Shown here: positions 54,858 to 64,000 of the stretch, one piece after another | Position numbering within the stretch: position 1 is the stretch's first letter | Layout: each line of letters starts with the position of its first letter | From: Carpediemonas membranifera BICM | Lineage: Eukaryota > Protista > Fornicata | Assembly: GCA_019828565.1 (NCBI GenBank) | Contig: JAHDYR010000012.1 | Coordinates: 1,545,780 to 1,609,779 of the forward strand | DNA length: 64,000 nt | Direction: 5' to 3' | Translations under genes and position numbers: made by a program | Notes under the pieces: generated by a model | Told to the model about the DNA's origin: nothing | The model's database searches: none | The model's input: only the letters and a program-made list of their open reading frames with translations

Positions 54858-56055
54858 ATGTTTATGCTACTCATTATTCTTACCGCATTCCTCGTAAGAG
54901 CTGATGATGATGACATGTGCACCATGTTCTCGGATACATGCTCTGAGTTCGTCTCCTTCACTCTCTTTCTCACTCAGCTGCCTTTCAATGTACCCAGATT
55001 GCTCCTGGTGCAACGATGATGATCCAGCGAACCCCGGCAGCAAGGTTGGCTGCCACAACATGACCTCAACAGCCACGACGACCTGCAAGATCAACGAGTA
55101 CCACGCCATCGACGCCCTCACTGCCCCCAACTGCTGCGTTGATTCCACCGGATGCTCAGACTGCACGACGATGAGCTACTGCAACTACTGCTGGGACTCT
55201 TCCTCCGGCGACGTGTGCCTCCCCAACGCCGAGGGCGCCACCACCTTCACATGTCCGGGCGGCTCCATCGACGTCAACACATGCTGCCACCAGTTCTCCG
55301 GTGACTGTGACAAGTGCACCAAGGGTGCATGCCGCTGGTGCGTCAAGGACGGCAAGGAGTCCTGCGTCGAACTGTCCAATCCCTCTTGCAAGAAGAAGTA
55401 CGCCACTTGCTGCGGCACGACAGGCCACACGACATGCCCCATGTGCTTTGGTGACATCCACGCGATCGACCCAACCTCACCCCCCTGCGTCTGGTGCGAG
55501 TCGACCGACAAGTGCATCCACACCGACCTGGTCGACACGTGCGACGTGCCCAACCCCATCGGCCCAAACTACTGTGAGGACTCGTGTTTCGCTCACAAGA
55601 ATTGCAAGACATGCACCAGCAACCCCCGCTGTGTGTGGCTGGCCAAGGTCCACTGGGACGAGTTCAGCACCGACCCACTCCTCGCCGGCAACGCCTTCTG
55701 TGTGGCAGGGTCGCCGTTCGGCCCGAGCAAGGAGTATCTGGACTTCAAGAACCGGTACTACTTTTCGCCGGCCTCTTTCTACTGGGGCTCGTGCGAGGTG
55801 TCTGCCCACACCATCCGGGCCATCCTCATCACCATCGTCATCGCACTTATCATGCTAATCCTGGTCATTATTTGCTCGATGTTCGCTGTTTCCACGCTCT
55901 ACGCCCGCCGCAAGGTGGCGAGGCAGGAGAAGAGGAGGCAGCGGCTTCGGGACGACATTGAGGAGGCCGACCGGATGCTGGTTGACGACAATGAGGACGC
56001 GGATGCCGTCCTGTTCGACGAAGTGGCGTGGTTTACGGAGGATGAGGAGCAGTGA
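54858..56055 (+). CDS. PSI-repeat type I membrane protein (intron 54947-54977)
   Basis: Signal peptide exon MFMLLIILTAFLVRA. Removing the 31-nt intron GTTCGT..CTCACTCAG restores CSDCLSMYPDCSWC. Cys repeats, a TM helix and a charged tail follow. Confidence 0.88.
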
Positions 56056-56611
56056 ATGTATATTACGTAAATAGAGCCAGGCTTGTCGGTGGATGGGGCC
56101 ATGAAACAAGGAGGAAGGGAGCGTGAGGTGTGGAAATAGCTAGCATGCATCAATTGCTTCATGAGACATCAACGATAGACGAGTCTGTGCAGCGAGAGGT
56201 AAACCGTAGGGTCACCTTTCAGTCAACAGGTTACCATCACACTCAGTCGAACTATCGTCTTGTAAATTTTCGCGCCTCTGGCGTGGGTTGAAGACGGTTG
56301 GGCATACTGTTCACCACTACAAACTCAGATTAACTACGAAAAGACGGGCGTCGAGGTCATCGACCATGATCAGTTTAACGTGCGCGGGTCTGCTGTCTGC
56401 TGGCAATGCGAGCTCAAGTCAGCTGATGGCAGTTAAGCCGAATGTACACCTCAAACAGGCTAATGTTAAACTGATCATGGTCGATGATGTCGATGAATGG
56501 GGAAACCACTGTTGGGGTTGAGTGTGAGGATGTCGGTGGTCCGTCTGGTGACCTTCTTCGGGCGAGCAGGATTAGGCACATTGGCATGTTGCATGGCTCA
56601 TCCCGCCATAA

Positions 56612-57923
56612 ATGGTCAATGTATTTCGCTTTGAACCGCGCGCGATGCGAGCAGCGGCAAAAGAAATACAACTCAACGTCAGAACCGATGAATTTACAGA
56701 GGCTGCACCGATGATGATCCGATTTGGTCATTCTTCTGCCGAAAAGTTGCATATTGAGCTCTCTAGAGCAAATGATCACACGTTTCTGCTTACAAACACA
56801 ATTACAGCCTCTAACATGAGAGAAATGTACCAAATTCCGTCATCAACGCAACTACAGGCCGAGCCAACACTGAATTCGGTCCTACTCGGCTGGGAGGAAA
56901 CCGACACCAGCCCCCGCGGCTACACGCTGCACGCGAGCCCATCTGAGCCGGGTAAGTACCTTCTTGAGCGTCGAATCGGTATGCAGGTCGGCTTTGGTGT
57001 CAGTATGGTGCTCGACGTCACCCCTAGTCCTGGCCGAGGCGAGCGCAGGAGAGCGGCATGATCACATTGCCCGTCTGCTCCAGACCAGGGATGCCAGGAT
57101 CAAGGCGCTCAGTGCTGAGCTGGAGGTGGCCCGGAGCAAGGGGCAGTCTGGGGCTGCCGAGGTCGAGACCACTGTGGCCCGCCTGGCCGCCGTCGAGGCA
57201 GAACGGGACAGGCTTGACATGGACAACAGGAAGCTCCGCATGCAGGTCAGCGAGCTGGAGAGCAGGATTTCGGACCTTCAGGAGCAGCTCGAGGCATCCC
57301 CAGACGTGGCCGAGGTCGACTGGCAGGCCCAATACATTCTCGAGCTCGAGGAGGACCTGAGTCGACTCAGGTCTGAATTGGGGGCAATCGACGTGCTGAG
57401 GGCAGACCTGGCTCAGGCCGAGGAGGCTATCGAGGTTAAGACGGCTGCCCTGTCCCGGCAAGAGGAAGAGAACGCCTTCACCCTGGATGAGCTTCGGGCG
57501 ACTCGGGACCGGGTCGAGGAGCTCGACAAGGAGCGGCGGGACCTCAGTGGCACCGTGGCTGAGTGCCAGACCAGGATCGCCCAGCTCGGGTCCCAGCTGG
57601 AGGAGTCCACCCGCGTCCGGGACGAAGCGTTGACGAGATCAAAGCTGACACTCGACACCGACCGGGAGCAGCTTAAAAGTGCGCAGGATGAGGCTAGCAG
57701 GTCAAAACACGAGCTCGATCAGATCTTCAGAGAGGTGCATTTGCTCCGGCAGAGGAACGAGGATCTTCGGGCTGAGCTGAATCGAACCCAGCAGGCCTTT
57801 GATTCGACAAAGGAGCAGTGTGCTGAAGACATCGGGAACCTGATCGAGGAACTCGAGGGTCTCAGGGGGGCCCAGTCGAGCGTGCTGTTATGGGAGGTAC
57901 CGTGGCAGGCGCCAGTGCAGTGA
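56612..57923 (+). CDS. Coiled-coil protein, copy 1 (1-bp C-run frameshift near 57020, probably an error; true start uncertain)
   Basis: Near-identical to copy 2 over 56346-57671; heptad-rich. Confidence 0.7.
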
Positions 57924-58308
57924 GAGCTAGCAAGTGTAACAGGTAATGAAGGGCGTGCCTCGTCAGTAAACGATCACGGTGTCTGGTGAGGATCGGCGAG
58001 CATTCACTGACAAAGGTTAAGATTAACTACGTGAAGACGGGTGGGCGTCGAGGTCATCGACCATGATCAGTTTAACGTGCGCGGGTCTGCTGTCTGCTGG
58101 CAATGCGAGCTCAAGTCAGCTGATGGCAGTTAAGCCGAATGTACACCTCAAACAGGCTAATGTTAAACTGATCATGGTCGATGATGTCGATGAATGGGGA
58201 AACCACTGTTGGGGTTGAGTGTGAGGATGTCGGTGGTCCGTCTGGTGACCTTCTTCGGGCGAGCAGGATTAGGCACATTGGCATGTTGCATGGCTCATCC
58301 CGCCATAA

Positions 58309-59616
58309 ATGGTCAATGTATTTCGCTTTGAACCGCGCGCGATGCGAGCAGCGGCAAAAGAAATACAACTCAACGTCAGAACCGATGAATTTACAGAGGC
58401 TGCACCGATGATGATCCGATTTGGTCATTCTTCTGCCGAAAAGTTGCATATTGAGCTCTCTAGAGCAAATGATCACACGTTTCTGCTTACAAACACAATT
58501 ACAGCCTCTAACATGAGAGAAATGTACCAAATTCCGTCATCAACGCAACTACAGGCCGAGCCAACACTGAATTCGGTCCTACTCGGCTGGGAGGAAACCG
58601 ACACCAGCCCCCGCGGCTACACGCTGCACGCGAGCCCATCTGAGCCGGGTAAGTACCTTCTTGAGCGTCGAATCGGTATGCAGGTCGGCTTTGGTGTCAG
58701 TATGGTGCTCGACGTCACCCTAGTCCTGGCCGAGGCGAGCGCAGGAGAGCGGCATGATCACATTGCCCGTCTGCTCCAGACCAGGGATGCCAGGATCAAG
58801 GCGCTCAGTGCTGAGCTGGAGGTGGCCCGGAGCAAGGGGCAGTCTGGGGCTGCCGAGGTCGAGACCACTGTGGCCCGCCTGGCCGCCGTCGAGGCAGAAC
58901 GGGACAGGCTTGACATGGACAACAGGAAGCTCCGCATGCAGGTCAGCGAGCTGGAGAGCAGGATTTCGGACCTTCAGGAGCAGCTCGAGGCATCCCCAGA
59001 CGTGGCCGAGGTCGACTGGCAGGCCCAATACATTCTCGAGCTCGAGGAGGACCTGAGTCGACTCAGGTCTGAATTGGGGGCAATCGACGTGCTGAGGGCA
59101 GACCTGGCTCAGGCCGAGGAGGCTATCGAGGTTAAGACGGCTGCCCTGTCCCGGCAAGAGGAAGAGAACGCCTTCACCCTGGATGAGCTTCGGGCGACTC
59201 GGGACCGGGTCGAGGAGCTCGACAAGGAGCGGCGGGACCTCAGTGGCACCGTGGCTGAGTGCCAGACCAGGATCGCCCAGCTCGGGTCCCAGCTGGAGGA
59301 GTCCACCCGCGTCCGGGACGAAGCGTTGACGAGATCAAAGCTGACACTCGACACCGACCGAGAGCAGATCAGGACGCTTCGGAGCCATGCGAACGAGGCT
59401 GAGCAAGCGGCAGCCGACCTCCGCCAGAAGCTGAGCAGGTCCCAGAGGGAGGCCCAGGAGCTGCGGGTCGAGCTGGGCGATGCCCGGGCTGAGAACCAGG
59501 CGCTGTTCGACCAGTGCTCGGCAGACGTCAATGCCCTGTACCAGAAGCTGGTTGAACAGGGCCAGCAGGGGCGGGCGGTGCTGTTCGAGGTCCCATGGGA
59601 CGCGGAGGTCGGGTGA
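58309..59616 (+). CDS. Coiled-coil protein, copy 2 (true start uncertain)
   Basis: 435-aa ORF; tandem duplicate of copy 1 at an offset of ~1697 bp. Confidence 0.75.
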   Translation: MVNVFRFEPRAMRAAAKEIQLNVRTDEFTEAAPMMIRFGHSSAEKLHIELSRANDHTFLLTNTITASNMREMYQIPSSTQLQAEPTLNSVLLGWEETDTSPRGYTLHASPSEPGKYLLERRIGMQVGFGVSMVLDVTLVLAEASAGERHDHIARLLQTRDARIKALSAELEVARSKGQSGAAEVETTVARLAAVEAERDRLDMDNRKLRMQVSELESRISDLQEQLEASPDVAEVDWQAQYILELEEDLSRLRSELGAIDVLRADLAQAEEAIEVKTAALSRQEEENAFTLDELRATRDRVEELDKERRDLSGTVAECQTRIAQLGSQLEESTRVRDEALTRSKLTLDTDREQIRTLRSHANEAEQAAADLRQKLSRSQREAQELRVELGDARAENQALFDQCSADVNALYQKLVEQGQQGRAVLFEVPWDAEVG

Positions 59617-59884
59617 GTTGGGGCCTGACCGGTTAATGAAACTGGCCGTGACAGCGTTCAGCATCGTAACGTTGGTGTTGTCCTTGCTAAGAAAGAAAGG
59701 AAATGAACAGAAGCAGTTTAAACGTCTCATCAATTGATTTGGCCACAACAGTTGGCCCCGTGATGGAGGAGAGTCGCCATCCTAGCTATCAGATCAGGAC
59801 CGGATGGAGACTGGTACAACGAAAGGCCGATATTAGAACTGCAACAGCTTATCCTCTGGGAGAAGGAAGAGATATGGGAGGGGC

Positions 59885-60066
59885 TGAAGAAGGGACTCCA
59901 GGCCCTAGGAGAGGTGTATAACAGCTACAAGGAGTAAAGAGACTATCAGACACATGAGCTAGCAGAACAAGGGTACGCTAACAACAATATCAGGAACAAG
60001 TATAAAGCACCAAAGCAAACAGAAAATCAGATGTCAGACAAATCCACACAGTGGTTGCACCAGTCA
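59885..60066 (+). repeat. Possible LTR (~182 bp) truncating element G
   Basis: Purine tract GGGAGGGGGC, then TGAAG...GTCA; the RT of G stops exactly here. No partner copy in the window. Confidence 0.4.
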
Positions 60067-61279
60067 AATCTTCTGGACCACGACTGCGGGGCTAGCGACG
60101 GGGCCGTGTGCCGGTCGGATGATGTTAGCGTGGTAGAGTTCCTGGAGCTGCCGGTTAACCTCCTCCATCCAATCTGCGCGGATGCCCCTGGGCTTTGCCT
60201 GAGATAGGTGTGCGTTGGGCATCAAGTCGATGGTGATCTCTCCCAAGAGTGAGCCTTCTGGGTGAAGAGACGGGGTGAAGCAGTCGGAGTACGTCTCCAG
60301 AATGGCTGCGAGTTTGTCCTTGAGCGGAAACGTGGGGCAGATGTCGAAGCTCGTGCCTTCGTCCTCGATCTCGTCGAGGGGCTCATCGAACAGTGTGAGT
60401 GGGTCGATGTCCGTCTCGTCTATGTACTGTGAGTCGTGCGGGATGAACTCCTCGGGCGGCTCCTGAGAGACGGTAGGCAGCTGGATGTTAATGCCAGTGT
60501 CTGACATGAGCCCGAGATGACGTAGGATGTCAGCACCGAGCAGGCATTTGCGCTTCTTGCCGGGGATGATGGGGATTTGCCACTGGAAAAGGACCTCGTG
60601 CGGAACGATGTCGGCGATGGCTAATGAGGCAATAAAAGCGGCGTTGTCGGCAATTGGTTGTTGATCTGCGTTTTAGAGGCGATAGTCGTGCGTTGTAGTG
60701 CGGATCGGTCCGTTCTTCTTCAAGAAGTCGAAGAGTGCGGCGGAGATGCACGTCTTTGCGGCTGCAGGATCAAGTTTTGCCTTGATTACAGTACCATTGA
60801 CCGAGATGTTGTGATAGAGCGGCTTTCCGACGGGTTCTTTCGATGCAGCGTTTTCTTCGAGCTCGTCGATGAAGTCGTCGGAGTCATCGTCTGAGTCTTC
60901 GTAGCTCGCGTCGACCTCGTTGACGCTACCTGAGGGGCGGCTCTGCAAGCGGCCGGTCGCGTTACGTGACCACGTCTTCTTGGCGGAATTGTCTTCGGTC
61001 TGGCGCGGTCTGGCGGTTGGCCGGGCAGCGTGGGTCGTCTGGGGATGTGCGGGGCCGTGTTTTTGGGCGGCGGGGCGGGGCTGGCGCTGGTTTGTGGCCT
61101 TTGGCTGGGTCTGGGTCTGGGTCTGTGGGGCGGCGGCATCTCTTTGACCACTGCGGCAGTCAGGGGTCGCATGCGTTGAGATCCAGCCGTGATGGTCGCA
61201 GTAGTGCTTCCACGTGCGTGGGAAAAAGAACTTGTTGCGGTCCTTGAACTGGCGGAAGGGATCGGGCCCTTGAACACGG
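60067..61279 (-). pseudogene. Degenerate E4-related element G (gag end, protease, RT start)
   Basis: GPDPFRQFKD, AKLDPAAAKTCIS, LGLMSDTGINIQLP, PRGIRADW and SPAVVVQK all match E4. Confidence 0.85.
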
Positions 61280-64000
61280 TGTGGCGTAAACGACGGGTAT
61301 TCGAGAATTCGTTTTAATCAGGTGATGCGTCACTGCCCTCCCTGAGCAGCTCGGGGTGAGCGGCTAAGAACTTCTTGGCGGCGGGAGTGTGGCGGACGGC
61401 GTCGATGGGCTCCCAGGACAGCTCGGAGCTACCGAGCCACTTGACGCGCAGGAAGCCGGGCTTGGACTTGACGATCCGTTCAACGTACCATTCCTCTTGG
61501 TCTGTAGCGGCGAAGTTGGCGAGCTCGCCCTCAGAGAGGTCGGACTTGAGCGGAATGAGGTGGGACAGGTGGACTGTGCGTCGCGGTTCGTTGGCGAGGA
61601 GCGGTACGACGACTGCCGTGAACGGGTTGACCTCAATGACCTTGAACGGTCCGGTGTGGCCGTGGAGCTTGCTTTCAGCGTGGTTCTTGCGCAAGACGTA
61701 ATCACCGGGCTTGACTGGAACCGACTGCGTCTCTGCCCTCCCCCTCACGAGTCTTGGACTGGCGTTTGTGAGCCTTGCGGCAGAGCTTGGCCAGGAGCGC
61801 GTCCATGACGGTGAGGTATTCGGCGACAGAGGTAAGCGGGGTCTCGTCCTCGGCGTTGTTGTCTGGCTGGGGTATCTGCCGGTCGGCAGCGTGTGTGCCG
61901 TAGAGTAGCTCGAACGGGGTGAACCCCGTCGCGCTGTGAACCGTGCTGTTGATTATCCACGCGACATATGGCAGTAGGGTCGTGGACCATGCGTCGAAGG
62001 AGTTAAATGCCAGCGCTAGGGTACGTAGGTGGCGCTTGATTTCGCGATTGACGCGTTCGACGTGACCGTTCGACTGCGGATGGAAAGGCGTGGTCCGGTG
62101 GTGTGTGACCGATAAGCGCTCGGTTAGAGCGGTGATGATACGGTTGGCGTATTCCGGGCCTCCGTCTGTGTGCAGGATGGCCGGGATGCCGTGGCGGCAG
62201 ATAGACGCCCAGATAGCGGCGGCAGCCGCGTCTGCATTGTTCGAGGGTGCTGGCACGAGCTCAGTAAAGTGCGTGAATGTGTCAGTAATCACGACGACAT
62301 ACCGGTTGCCGGCCGAGTCCTCTGAGATGGGGCCGAGCGTGTCGACGGCTACGCGTTCGAATGGTGTGCTGCTCGGGGTCGCGCCCATCTTCAGCTTGAT
62401 GAAGTTCGCCAGACGGGTCTTCTGACAGATCAAACAGGCGTTGATCAGGTCGGATACGGTGTGTTCGAGCTGTGGCCAGTCGTAACCCAAGTCACGCACG
62501 GCCTGAGTGGTCTTCTTGACGCCCAAGTGCAGCCGGTGGGCCTCGGCTAGGACGTCGCGACGCGCGTCGGCGGGTACGAATGTGCGACCGTGATACTTGA
62601 CGACACCGTTGACGATGGTGTGCTTGGAGGGTCTCTCGTCAGCGTGCTCCTTCTGAGAGGCGAGCACTCTCGACTCTAGCGTGTTAGCCGTGACCTCGGC
62701 GATCTCAGCGGGGCGGGTCTGGAAAGGGAAACGGCTTAAGAAGTCGGCCGTGACGTTGGACTCGCCCGGGACGTGGTGGATCTTGAGTCTGAACTCCAAG
62801 AACGACAGTAGCCATCGGCGATGCTTCCGATTGTGAGCGGCCATGCGGTGGAGTGCCATCAGATTCTTATGGTCGGTGAACACGGTCAGATCGGGGTGGC
62901 CCAGGAAGGGAGAGTACATGTCAGGACGTGTCAGACAGTATATCAGAGCATACATCTCCTGGTCGTAGGTGCTCCATCTTTGTTGAACGTCCGAGAACGC
63001 CTTGGAGAAGTAGGCGACGACTCTCCAGTCTGTGGGCGTTTGCTGTTGTAGCAGTATGCCGCCTAGGCCGAGGGAGACCAGCGTCCGTCTCGAGGCGCCA
63101 GGGTTTGGAGAGGTCTGGTATGGCGAGTGACTCCTCAGAGGCGAGCTGTGTCAGAACAGCCGCGATAGCCTCTTGGTGTGCTGAAGTCCACACGACCTTG
63201 GCGTCCTTGCGGAGGAGGCCATTGATGGGCGCTAGGATGCGCTGGCAGTCAGGGATAAAATCTGCCACGTAGTTGATGTGGCCGAGGATCTGACGTACCT
63301 CGTGCGTGGTCGTCGGGCGTGGGAGGCTCTTGATCGTGTCAATGCGTGAGGGCTGAGGGCGACGACCGTGTTCGGAGACGATCTCGCCGAGACAGTCGAG
63401 AGTCTGGTAGCCAAAATGACACTTCTCGGCGCGCAGCCTGATGTTCTTGTCACTGAGTAGAGCGAGCGTGCGCTGGGTGCGCATGACGAGTACCTCGGGC
63501 GATGGCGCGCCAGCAAAGATGTCGTCTATGTAGTTCCTGACGCCCTCTGAGTATACCGGGCGCAGGACGTTGGCGATGGCCCGCTGGAATTGTGCGGGGA
63601 GGTTCTTTAGGCCAAACGGGGCGACCATATATTCGAAAAACTCGCCCGGGACCCGCACCGCGGACAGGTAACGGTGGGCATCCTTCAATGGCATCTGGTG
63701 AAACCCTTGGCGAAGGTCTAGACCGAAGAAGTACTTGCTGCCGACGAGGTCCTGGATGAGCGTGCGGGTATCTGTCATGGGGAAAGCGTCCGTCACAGTT
63801 GCCTCGTTGAGGGCCCTGTAGTCTGCGCAAAGTCGTAGTGGGCGGCGTCCGTCCGCGTCGGGCTTCTTCTGGACAATCACAGCCGGGCTAGAGACTGGGC
63901 CGTGTGCGTCGCGGATGAGCTGGGCTTCGTACATTTCATGGAGCTGTCGCTTGATCTCGGGAAGCCAGTCGGCGCGGATGCCGCGTGGGTTGGCTTGTGG
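61280..64000 (-). mobile_element. pol: E7: second, near-identical copy of E4 (3' LTR 61280-61332; continues past the window), inserted in the gag of G
   Basis: LTR identical to E4. RT/RH/IN/CHD proteins nearly identical, with a few substitutions and small indels. Confidence 0.95.

Overview
Eukaryotic genomic DNA, probably from an anaerobic fornicate/metamonad-type protist such as a Carpediemonas-like organism. That placement is an inference from PPDK, a frataxin with an organellar presequence, ~30-nt introns with a fused branch point and 3' splice site, AGTRAA-like poly(A) signals overlapping stop codons, and the standard genetic code. Positions 1-38.2 kb and 59.7-64 kb are a nested pile of diverse Ty3/gypsy chromodomain LTR retrotransposons, labelled A, B, D, E2-E7, F and G here. 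Positions 40-59.6 kb hold host genes: NAD epimerase, frataxin, a Cys/Asp-rich LRR surface protein, PS decarboxylase, PPDK, a PSI-repeat membrane protein and a duplicated coiled-coil gene. Three observations stand out. (1) Every readable 5' LTR is very short (51-108 bp) and is followed not by a tRNA primer-binding site but by a different 12-16 bp palindrome (six perfect, one imperfect 10-mer) that overlaps the LTR's last base(s), suggesting tRNA-independent priming. (2) Several elements carry a homologous, intron-containing ANTISENSE accessory gene encoding a protein with a C-terminal chromodomain-like fold, behind a conserved regulatory block; this gene is repeatedly hit by other insertions. 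(3) (GTAAG)n telomere-like fillers sit at rearrangement junctions. Many frameshifts fall in homopolymers and are probably assembly errors.
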